Shown here piece after piece: positions 19,901-27,448 of a DNA stretch of 64,000 bases. Position 1 is the stretch's first letter. Each line of letters starts with the position of its first letter. The notes beneath the pieces were generated by a model, which worked only from the letters and a program-made list of their open reading frames with translations, ran no database searches and was not told the origin of the DNA. A program made the translations under genes and the position numbers. This DNA is from an uncultured cyanobacterium. Its GTDB lineage: Bacteria > Cyanobacteriota > Cyanobacteriia > Pseudanabaenales > Pseudanabaenaceae. The stretch covers positions 1,504,001 to 1,568,000 of the forward strand of contig OY969811.1 of the NCBI GenBank assembly GCA_963703315.1. The letters are read 5' to 3'.

Positions 19901-20205
19901 ATGTTGATTTAATCGTTCTCAGTGCTTGCCAAACTGGGCTTGGTAAATTTGGCAATGGGATTGAAATTTTGGGCTTTGGCTATCAAGTGCAAAGGGCTGG
20001 TGCAAAAGCGGCAATTTCTTCGCTATGGCAAGTGAGTGATGAAGGAACAAAGGTATTGATGCAGGAGTTTTATCGCAATGTCAAAACAGGCGATCGGTCT
20101 AATGCAGAGTCATTACGCCAAGCTCAGATCGCCACAATTCGCTCTAAGGACTTTTCCCATCCTTTCTATTGGTCAGCCTTCATCATCATTGGTAATGGGT
20201 TGTAA
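16969..20205 (+). CDS. TPR-repeat protein with a C-terminal CHAT (caspase-like) domain
   Basis: Repeated GDRxxE TPR units; HLATHA and LSACQT catalytic His/Cys motifs; HPFYWSAF terminus. Confidence 0.92.
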   Translation: MKRKSIRDRLSSTFIYGLALILGEATLGLALAVNSDLLENEQLFISIKSKQFKNNSIEAQLIQAEKLFDQGKFKESLQEYQQALAVSKQQGDRLRELQSLTGIGAAQVSLRQEKQAISTLLDATQILQSLPVQLTATDKTNYRKAEGEVTYQYGRAYLNLEQFDNALKLLENSLAIRKEVGDRYREGKTLAKIGIVYVKKFEFPKSVGYFEEGLKLSQAVGNRASEAQTLFYLGSIYSLLGKKEQAIAFARQSGAAYQAIKSPLGEATALNLEANIYSMALEYAKSIELNLKALELVKQSGDRSREAGMLNVVATSYRNLNQYPKAIEFYQQGQKLYRELGDRAEEGRNLKDIAELYLEQGKTREALETYTQAKAIYLDLTKVPNPKQSDKSTLASILVGEGSLYTSLSQYPKALNSLQEARSLYESVGDKQGEGVASMYLAGVYLQLGEPSKVTEILKQLPALAKNSPQLQKMAESLIALFNTNSPSANPQIQLKTAQDLLEFFRQSGSRTSEAAMLSQIGALYLDLQQPEKSITSYQQALEIFRAIGDRSGVANSFYNLGLVYALSNQSDRAFVSFQAALAYSREVGNRNQESKLLGNLGTLIKSQYPQLAIAFLKQSVNVTESIRKELKVLALEQQRSYQQTISYNYRILADLLLQQGRVMEALQVLDLLKVQELQEYLQNVKGNDRTAQGLYIFPEENLQTQAIAAQPFKSLQPLIDSNQKITQQLQQTTPTELNRVPSYLQKLPQGQALLYPLILSDRLELILFIPNKLPIRRSVKISEPQILQLIQDFQAGLRDASSLDVLEPASKLYDLLIKPIEADLAQTHTILYAPDGLLRYVPLTALYDGKQWLVEKYGINNLVAYSLSDFSHNSSKTLRIVAGAFGGQPNSKKFGQVGLPASLTEVQAIASALPNTTKLLNNDFSRQATESLMRNNNIVHLATHAEFNIGKPENSFLIFGNGDRILLNEMKDLPMSNVDLIVLSACQTGLGKFGNGIEILGFGYQVQRAGAKAAISSLWQVSDEGTKVLMQEFYRNVKTGDRSNAESLRQAQIATIRSKDFSHPFYWSAFIIIGNGL

Positions 20206-20409
20206 AAAAGTATCTTGGCTATCTAGTTATTGTTATAAAATATTCCAAGGCAATCAGGCGATCGCGAGGAATTTTATCAAGCCAATAGGTTTTATCTTCT
20301 GTATCTTCTTCGGTTAGATTTGTAACGCTAAAGACTTGATGATTAAACTGAAAGTTATCAAGTTTTTTATTGCTCATTTTTGTAAACCTATAGAGTAACT
20401 ATTAGATTG

Positions 20410-20715
20410 CTAACTGGTGACGATATCTTCTTTTTTGATTCCAGCTTCAATGAGTGCGTTAACTAATCCTTCCTCAAAGTTGTCTTCTTCAATGATGACT
20501 TGGCGATCGCTGCTATCTTTTTCGATAAGCCGCGCATGAAATAGTACAAAATCCATCCATTTTTGTTTGTCAAATCCTGTTGCAAGAACAACGAATTGAC
20601 CAGACTCAAGATCACAAACTGGATAAAGTTTGATTGCTTGTATGCTTGGTTGATGAATGGTTGCGTCCTTCACTACTTTCTTGAGAATTTCTGAATAGTC
20701 TATAGGTTTAGACAT
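20410..20715 (-). CDS. XisI-family protein
   Basis: YPVCD...GQF...GFD...VLFHARL...IIEEDNFEEGL...LIEAGI.KEDIV pattern. Confidence 0.8.
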   Translation of the reverse strand: MSKPIDYSEILKKVVKDATIHQPSIQAIKLYPVCDLESGQFVVLATGFDKQKWMDFVLFHARLIEKDSSDRQVIIEEDNFEEGLVNALIEAGIKKEDIVTS

Positions 20716-20911
20716 TTCTCTCTCCTTGAAATAAGATCAAAAAACCTTCTTGGGTAAAGTGTTTATCGTGGGTCAAAATTTCTTTGATTTTGAGACGATC
20801 CATGATGATCATTGACATACAGTCGGTGAGACTATAGCCTTTGTCAAGACGATTTTCATAAAGATCTAGTCCCTTAATAAAGACTTCTCTGGTATGGTTT
20901 ATGACTTGATC
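20708..20911 (-). pseudogene. C-terminal half of a PIN/VapC toxin; 5' half missing
   Basis: Not in the ORF track. Reads DQVINHTREVFIKGLDLYENRLDKGYSLTDCMSMIIMDRLKIKEILTHDKHFTQEGFLILF; in-frame TGA about 10 codons upstream and no start codon in between. Confidence 0.8.
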
Positions 20912-21291
20912 GATTGCTTGGGCGAACCGTACAAATAATGATCATGATTGACGGCTCCATCGGTGGGTAAGCGATCTAGGACTTCTGGCGGAATGGATTG
21001 AGCAAAGGTTGTAAAACTCTCCCAAATAGGAATTTCTGTATCTATTTCATGCGTTGATGAGTTGACTTGTGGTTCTGGTAAATCTTTATCTTTAGAAATT
21101 GATAGTAAGTTAAGTAACTCTTGGGCTGTTGTGTCAAGGATACGGGCAATGGTGAAGATAGATACTTGGGGCTGATTATTTAAGGTGATGATGCTGCTAG
21201 GTTGTTCGTTTTGCAGCCATGCCAAGAAATTATCTGGTGTTGTACCTAATACTTCGGCTGAGGTTTCTAAATCAAGGGTTAGTTTTGTCAT
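20899..21291 (-). CDS. Putative antitoxin
   Basis: C-terminal PIWE...LPTDGAVNHDHYLYGSPK is a motif I recognise upstream of PIN toxins; lies directly before the PIN remnant. Confidence 0.65.
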   Translation of the reverse strand: MTKLTLDLETSAEVLGTTPDNFLAWLQNEQPSSIITLNNQPQVSIFTIARILDTTAQELLNLLSISKDKDLPEPQVNSSTHEIDTEIPIWESFTTFAQSIPPEVLDRLPTDGAVNHDHYLYGSPKQSIKS

Positions 21292-21321
21292 GGTTTTAGA
21301 GTTTGATTGACAATTGAATTT

Positions 21322-21528
21322 TTAAGCGGCAACCAATTTGCTTTGAGGTCGGGGAATCGGTCTTCCCAGTTCTGTCGCTGTTTGAATCCACTCATCTATG
21401 ATGATCTGGACATTGCTAAGGGCTTCAAAATAGGTTGCGCCGTCAGCCATACATCCTGCTAGTTATTGCACTTCGGCAATGTAGGCTTCATCTTCTGAAT
21501 TCCAATGTATAAGTATTTTATAATGCAT
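21322..21528 (-). pseudogene. hicB: HicB-family antitoxin with an internal stop codon
   Basis: MHYKILIHWNSEDEAYIAEVQ*LAGCMADGATYFEALSNVQIIIDEWIQTATELGRPIPRPQSKLVAA; TAA at 21463..21465. Confidence 0.85.
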
Positions 21529-21601
21529 TATCTCTTTTCCTTATTTACGCATAATTGTCTGCTATAACGAATAATATGTAATGATATTCTCTCACTCTCT
21601 A

Positions 21602-22648
21602 TTAATGACAATAAAGAATCTTTAGACAGAGTTTTTCTATCATATCTATAGGTAATGAATTCTCAGGAATATCCTCTCCATGAGCAATTTTATCGCGAAC
21701 CTTTTTAATTGATTTAAAAATTTCAATATCATTGTCATCAATATTATCCCAAATCAATATTGCACACCAATGAAAGCGTTGTGAAAGAGTTTTACTTTCT
21801 GCCTGACGTTCTAGAAAAAACTTTTCCCCCAATACCATAACTCTATCTGGAATTTGGTTTACGCAATTAACATAGTTCCGAAAGTCAATTTTTTTAAATG
21901 CCTGATGTGTATAAATTTCTAGTACAAAGAAAAAATTTAAAAATTTTTTAAGCCTATCATTTTCGTTAAGAGCTAAATGCAGAAATGAGCTTACTTTATG
22001 ATCTAATCTACTATACAGATTTAATGAATCCTGTATTTTCATTTTTATCTCGGCTAGACTAATCATTTTGGAACTAAAGAATGTTATTGACGTTTCTATG
22101 AAGACATCACGAATATTTTCTCCTGATTTTGTTTTTCCACAAATATCAGTAAGTATTGATTTGAATCGAATGGGTTGATGGAGCAAAGACAAATGAACTG
22201 ATAGAGATGAGATTATTTGAGGTGTAATCACCGAGCTTTTCATTATCAAAGATTCCTTGGCTTCTGAAAAACAGTTCCAAGTTAAAGTAACATTCTTATC
22301 CTTATCTTTTTTCCAATAGCCTGATTTACAAGTAAAAAACTTGTTTAAACTGACATCAAGAATTAGAAAAGGGGGCTTTGCTTTATTCTCTTCCAACCAT
22401 CTATTCTCATCTTCAACCAGATCTTCATTAAATAGATATTGATATATCTCATTTAGACTATTTCCAAATCCAAAGGAAAACTCGTTACTCTTATGACACA
22501 AGTCTGCAAAAGCCTTAGATTCAGATTCTTTAATAAGAATTCCTTCAACTTGATAGACTTTAACTAAGCTAAACGTAGCTTCAATTATCATTCCATTTGG
22601 AATTTCTTCAAAACCCATATGCTCAATCTCAGTTATAGTAATTGCCAT
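21602..22648 (-). CDS. AT-rich hypothetical protein with a C-terminal HEPN-like RxxxxH motif
   Basis: KFLNFFFVLE followed by KVRDKIAHG; low GC and no HIP1 in the gene. Confidence 0.65.
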   Translation of the reverse strand: MAITITEIEHMGFEEIPNGMIIEATFSLVKVYQVEGILIKESESKAFADLCHKSNEFSFGFGNSLNEIYQYLFNEDLVEDENRWLEENKAKPPFLILDVSLNKFFTCKSGYWKKDKDKNVTLTWNCFSEAKESLIMKSSVITPQIISSLSVHLSLLHQPIRFKSILTDICGKTKSGENIRDVFIETSITFFSSKMISLAEIKMKIQDSLNLYSRLDHKVSSFLHLALNENDRLKKFLNFFFVLEIYTHQAFKKIDFRNYVNCVNQIPDRVMVLGEKFFLERQAESKTLSQRFHWCAILIWDNIDDNDIEIFKSIKKVRDKIAHGEDIPENSLPIDMIEKLCLKILYCH

Positions 22649-22796
22649 AAGAACTATGTTTCTTTTTATTAATTATTTTTATTGTAATTCCGTATTAGTG
22701 ATCTTTAGAATTACAGCTTGGCAAAATATTTTGCCCCACGATCGCATTAATGATTGTTGACTTACCCGCCTTCATGGGTGCAGCAATCTCCATCGG

Positions 22797-23501
22797 TTAT
22801 TCATCAACACCAAACGATCGCAACTTTGCCAATAATAACTCCACCTGTTCTTGAGCAATATCAGCCCGTTGTTTTTCGATATCAGCTTTTTCTTCGCTTG
22901 TGAGATAACGCTGACCTCTCTCATCAAACCAAGATAATATCTCACGCTCAAAGCGATCGCTAGGTAGTACAGCGCGTCCAATCCCTAAGCCGATTTCTGC
23001 CATCCACAATGGCTCACCAATCTGCAATTGATAATCACCATCAACTAATTTGTAAACCTCAAAGGGCAAATGTCCATCGCGCCGCCAAAACTTAGGATTG
23101 TAAATCACATAATATTTGACACCCAATTTGCGGTAAATATCTAATTTCTTTTCGTATTCATCGCCATAGCTATGGGATACAACCTCTAAGGTCAAAATTG
23201 GCGGTGTATAATCTTCTTCCCACATCACATAGCTACTACGCGATCCGCCATTTTTACGCCGTTCCACTCCCAAGCTCAAAAATCCATCAGGAATTACAGG
23301 AACTCTCGGACTTACGCCAGTGGTGTGATAGATGCCCATATCCACACCAAAGTACCAATCATCACGATTTTTCCAAATATATTCCAACAAAAATAACAGT
23401 AAATTCGGTACAAAATTCTGGTCTTCGTTATCCACAGGCGTATCGTCAGAATCGGGTAATTCGTCACTGGTGGGCAGATGTTTGAGATCGATTTGGAGCA
23501 T
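22797..23501 (-). CDS. Uma2-family (PD-(D/E)xK) endonuclease-like protein
   Basis: LPDSDDTPVDNE, PDGFLSLGV, LEVVS and LGVKYYVIYNP motifs. Confidence 0.9.
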   Translation of the reverse strand: MLQIDLKHLPTSDELPDSDDTPVDNEDQNFVPNLLLFLLEYIWKNRDDWYFGVDMGIYHTTGVSPRVPVIPDGFLSLGVERRKNGGSRSSYVMWEEDYTPPILTLEVVSHSYGDEYEKKLDIYRKLGVKYYVIYNPKFWRRDGHLPFEVYKLVDGDYQLQIGEPLWMAEIGLGIGRAVLPSDRFEREILSWFDERGQRYLTSEEKADIEKQRADIAQEQVELLLAKLRSFGVDE

Positions 23502-23575
23502 CGGAATTACCTCAAAATTAGCTATCTAGTTGGTATTATAGGCGATCGCAAAATCCCTAAAACAGAACAGCAATT

Positions 23576-24169
23576 TTACATTCTTTTAATAATAAAATCA
23601 GTAATTACGCTTAAACCTTCTTGGGTTTTGAGATTACTAAAAACAAAAGGTTTTTCGCCACGCATTTTTTGAGCATCACGCTCCATTACGCCAAGATCTG
23701 CGCCCACGTAAGGAGCCAGATCAATTTTATTAATTACTAACAAATCAGATTTGGTAATCCCAGGTCCACCTTTGCGCGGAATTTTATCACCTGCGGCAAC
23801 ATCAATTACATAGATAGTTAAGTCCACCAGTTCAGGACTAAAGGTTGAGGCAAGATTATCGCCACCACTTTCCACAAAGATTAAATCTAAATCGGTGAAG
23901 CGAATTTCTAGTTGCTCGATCGCGGCTAAGTTCATCGATGCATCTTCACGAATCGCGGTATGGGGACAGCCGCCTGTTTCAACACCGACAATGCGATCGC
24001 GCTCTAAGGCTTGACTACGGACGAGAAACTGAGCATCTTCTTGAGTGTAAATATCATTGGTGACGACGGCAATCTGGAAATGCGATCGCATAGATTTACA
24101 GAGAGAATCGACAAGGGCAGTTTTTCCAGAACCAACAGGTCCCGCAACTCCGACACGAAATGGTGACAT
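23576..24169 (-). CDS. ureG: Urease accessory GTPase UreG
   Basis: [30 protein letters not shown] and NKID motifs. Confidence 0.97.
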   Translation of the reverse strand: MSPFRVGVAGPVGSGKTALVDSLCKSMRSHFQIAVVTNDIYTQEDAQFLVRSQALERDRIVGVETGGCPHTAIREDASMNLAAIEQLEIRFTDLDLIFVESGGDNLASTFSPELVDLTIYVIDVAAGDKIPRKGGPGITKSDLLVINKIDLAPYVGADLGVMERDAQKMRGEKPFVFSNLKTQEGLSVITDFIIKRM

Positions 24170-24237
24170 AGAGATTTATCTTTAATCTATACTGTTTAAG
24201 GGCAAAGCGCTATTTACCATAGTATAGATGAGTAACC

Positions 24238-24690
24238 ATGCACATTCTCACACAACGATTATCTTCGCAAGCGAAACAACTATTTAATTTAGAATCTTTG
24301 CTGACGCTAGCTCTAGTTGCCGAAGATCGCACCCGTAGCCGTCATCGCTTTATGACTGTGGAAGGAGAAGAAGTCAATCTCCAACTTCAGAGAGGTACTG
24401 TCTTGAGAGAAGGAGATATTCTTGCCGATGAGCATGGTCAGGCGATCGCCAAAGTTGTCGCTAAGCCTGAACCAGTCTTAACCGTTACTACCCACCATGC
24501 CCTTGATTTTCTGCGTGCTGCCTATCATTTAGGTAATCGCCATATTTCTTTAGAAATTACCGAAAACTATTTGCGTCTATCCCCTGATTCCGTGTTAGAA
24601 GATATGGTTCGCAAAATGGGATTAAATGTGATCGAAGAAATCCAGCCCTTTCAACCTGAAACTGGTGCTTATCATCACCATGACCATTAA
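24238..24690 (+). CDS. ureE: Urease accessory nickel chaperone UreE
   Basis: AAYHLGNRH, PFQPETGAY and a His-rich tail. Confidence 0.95.
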   Translation: MHILTQRLSSQAKQLFNLESLLTLALVAEDRTRSRHRFMTVEGEEVNLQLQRGTVLREGDILADEHGQAIAKVVAKPEPVLTVTTHHALDFLRAAYHLGNRHISLEITENYLRLSPDSVLEDMVRKMGLNVIEEIQPFQPETGAYHHHDH

Positions 24691-25426
24691 TCAAGATCCT
24701 TTACAGTTATTGAGACTGTTACAAATTACGAGTCCTGCCTTGCCTGTTGGGGCTTACAGCTATTCTGAAGGGATTGAATATCTCTGCAATCAAGGCACGA
24801 TTGGCAATGAATTAGACTTAAGTAATTGGCTCAGGCGCGAGATGCAATTTGGGTTTATCTCTAATGAAGCAGCGATCGCGCTTCGTGCTTATCGGACAGC
24901 TAAATCTGGAAATCTCGATAATCTGCTGTATTGGAATCATTGGCTATCAGCAACAAGGGAAACGGAAGAAGTCCGTCTTGCTAGTTGGCAGATGGGACAA
25001 TCTCTAATCAAGTTGTGGTGTCAGTTACCTGATCATTCTGATCCTTTTGTCCCCAGTTATCTATCTTTACCAAAATCAGATGTTATCCAAATTTTGCCAA
25101 CTTCTAAAGATAACTCTACAGGTCAGGGTTGTAACTATGCGATCGCCTTTGGAGTTGTGGCAGCAAGCTTAGCAATTGATGAAGAAAATACTATAGTTGG
25201 CTATATCTATAGCTGGTTGTCAAACCTAGTTAGTGCCGCCGTGAGAGCAGTTCCTTTTGGGCAAACCACTGGACAGCAGATTATCTTTCGTCTTAGTTCA
25301 GATATTTTACATAGTTCTCAAGTGGCACTGCATCGTAGAGATAATGAATTAGAATGGTGTGGCTGGGGGGCAAATTTAGCCTGTGCTAATCATGAGACTC
25401 AATATTCTCGGCTATTTCGTAGTTAG
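24680..25426 (+). CDS. ureF: Urease accessory protein UreF
   Basis: SPALPVGAYSYSEG...HETQYSRLFRS; ATG at 24680 overlaps the end of ureE. Confidence 0.95.
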   Translation: MTINQDPLQLLRLLQITSPALPVGAYSYSEGIEYLCNQGTIGNELDLSNWLRREMQFGFISNEAAIALRAYRTAKSGNLDNLLYWNHWLSATRETEEVRLASWQMGQSLIKLWCQLPDHSDPFVPSYLSLPKSDVIQILPTSKDNSTGQGCNYAIAFGVVAASLAIDEENTIVGYIYSWLSNLVSAAVRAVPFGQTTGQQIIFRLSSDILHSSQVALHRRDNELEWCGWGANLACANHETQYSRLFRS

Positions 25427-25483
25427 AGAGTAAAAGTGATGATTTGCTGAACACTTTAACCTCAACCAATATCTAAGAAAAGT

Positions 25484-26329
25484 ATGGAAACTGAAAACCC
25501 TAAATTAGTTACTACAGAACAACTTTTCTTGTCTACAGTTGAGAGTTTAGAGCAGGAAATTAAAGCTTTGAAACTTCAAAATACCAGCTTAAAAGATCAG
25601 TTAACTGCACAAACTCTACAAGAAGAACAACTATTACAGACAAATTATGGTCTGCAATCTGAAATTGAAGCTTGCCAAAAGACAGAATCATACCTGCGAT
25701 CGCTGTTAGATCGATTATTGAGAGAAAAAGCTGATCTAGAGATTATTCTTGATACAACCACTGTCCATAGCGACACGATTGAAGCTTTGTTGTACGACAA
25801 GAATTTATCCCTTGCCCGTGAAGTAACCATTGATGGTTTAACGCAGATTGCAAATCGCCGTGCTTTTGATCAGAGGCTCGCCGTTGAATGGCAACGTCTG
25901 GCAAGAGATCAGAGTTCTCTTTCATTGTTGTTGTGTGATATTGATTGTTTTAAGCGCTACAACGATCGCTATGGACATTCGGCGGGAGATGATTGTTTGC
26001 GATCGGTAGCTAAGACAATTGAGTCTTGTATTCGTCGTCCTGCGGATCTTGCTTGTCGCTATGGTGGTGAGGAATTTGCAGTAATTTTACCCAATACTAA
26101 TCAGGATGGTGCAACTTTTATTGCGGAGCAAATTTGCCAAGCGATTACTAATTTGCAGATCTTGCACGAAGGTTCCTTTGTAGGAGATTACGTCTCAGTT
26201 AGCATTGGTATTTCTACAATTATTCCTGAGCGGAAGATGAATTCTAGAGTTCTCATAGAAGCCGCAGATAAAGGATTATATATGGCTAAAAATCAAGGAC
26301 GCGATCGCGCAGTATTCAGTAGTAACTAA
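25484..26329 (+). CDS. Diguanylate cyclase with an N-terminal coiled coil
   Basis: DGLTQIANRR, I-site RPAD and RYGGEEF motifs. Confidence 0.93.
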   Translation: METENPKLVTTEQLFLSTVESLEQEIKALKLQNTSLKDQLTAQTLQEEQLLQTNYGLQSEIEACQKTESYLRSLLDRLLREKADLEIILDTTTVHSDTIEALLYDKNLSLAREVTIDGLTQIANRRAFDQRLAVEWQRLARDQSSLSLLLCDIDCFKRYNDRYGHSAGDDCLRSVAKTIESCIRRPADLACRYGGEEFAVILPNTNQDGATFIAEQICQAITNLQILHEGSFVGDYVSVSIGISTIIPERKMNSRVLIEAADKGLYMAKNQGRDRAVFSSN

Positions 26330-26359
26330 GCGAATGCACTTTGCACATTCGCTTACCGT

Positions 26360-27373
26360 TTATTTGGAAGCGATCGCCTTTTCGATCTTGACCTCATTAA
26401 CACAAGTACGATTTTGCTCAAAATCTGTAATATTGGCAAGCGTAGTTTCCGCGATATTCGCTAAAGCATGACTGGTAAAAAATGCTTGATGTCCCGTCAC
26501 AATCACATTCGGGAACGTTAATAAACGTTGAAAAGTATCATCCTGAATCACTTCATTGGATAAATCCTCAAAAAACAAATCCGCTTCCTGCTCGTATACA
26601 TCAATACCGAGATAGCCGATCGCACCAGATTTCAAGCCATCGATCGCCGCCTGTGTATCAATCAAGCCACCACGACTGGTATTAATTAACATCGCCCCTG
26701 TTTTCAGTTGGGCGATCGCTTCCGCATTAATTAAATGATGAGAATCGGGTGTAAGCGGACAATGGAGGGAAATGATATCGGCATTAGCTAAGATTTCAGG
26801 AATTGATACATACTCCATTCCTAAATCTAAACAAGTAGGATTGTGATAGACATCATAGCCCAATAATTTGCAACCAAAGCCCCGCATAATTTGAGCAAAA
26901 ATTGCACCAATGCGCCCTGTTCCAATCACCCCAACCGTCGCACCATGCAGATCAAAACCCAATAATCCTTCAATTGAAAAATTTCCTTCTCTAACGCGGT
27001 TATAGGCACGATGTACGTTGCGATTGAGCGATAGAATCAGGGCAACGGCGTGTTCTGCAACGGCGTAGGGTGAATAGGCAGGAACGCGGACGATCATCAT
27101 GCCGAGTTTGGCGGCGGCAGCTAAGTCTACATGGTTGAAACCTGCCGATCGCAAAGCAATTAACTGCGTACCACCTTTAGCCAAAGTCTCTAACATTTCG
27201 GCATCTAAATAGTCATTGATAAATATACAAACTGCGGGAAACCCTACGGCAAGGGAAACCGTTTCATGGCTGAGGTGACATTCAAAAAAGACTACTTCAT
27301 GCTGATGTTGATCGTTAGCCGTATTAAAAGATTGGCGATCGTAGGATTTGGTATTAAAAAAGGCAACTTTCAT
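26360..27373 (-). CDS. ldhA: D-lactate dehydrogenase (2-hydroxyacid dehydrogenase)
   Basis: [27 protein letters not shown] and TGHQAFFT motifs. Confidence 0.9.
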   Translation of the reverse strand: MKVAFFNTKSYDRQSFNTANDQHQHEVVFFECHLSHETVSLAVGFPAVCIFINDYLDAEMLETLAKGGTQLIALRSAGFNHVDLAAAAKLGMMIVRVPAYSPYAVAEHAVALILSLNRNVHRAYNRVREGNFSIEGLLGFDLHGATVGVIGTGRIGAIFAQIMRGFGCKLLGYDVYHNPTCLDLGMEYVSIPEILANADIISLHCPLTPDSHHLINAEAIAQLKTGAMLINTSRGGLIDTQAAIDGLKSGAIGYLGIDVYEQEADLFFEDLSNEVIQDDTFQRLLTFPNVIVTGHQAFFTSHALANIAETTLANITDFEQNRTCVNEVKIEKAIASK

Positions 27374-27398
27374 AATTAACTTGATAGAAATTTTTCTC

Positions 27399-27437
27399 CA
27401 AATAATAAAGGCTCGCTTAGCGAGCCTTTATTATTTG
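27399..27437 (-). terminator. Hairpin downstream of glgP (GC-NNN-GC type)
   Basis: CAAATAATAAAGGCTCGC-TTA-GCGAGCCTTTATTATTTG. Confidence 0.6.
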
Positions 27438-27448
27438 TGTTTTAACGA

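Noticed and set aside
16969..20205. CHAT protease as part of a CRISPR-associated or gasdermin-type defence system
   Set aside because: No cas genes or plausible substrate are adjacent, and exported TPR-CHAT proteins are common in cyanobacteria.
20410..20715. XisI as evidence of an fdxN-type excision element
   Set aside because: There is no xisH or recombinase and no interrupted gene; solitary xisI copies are common.
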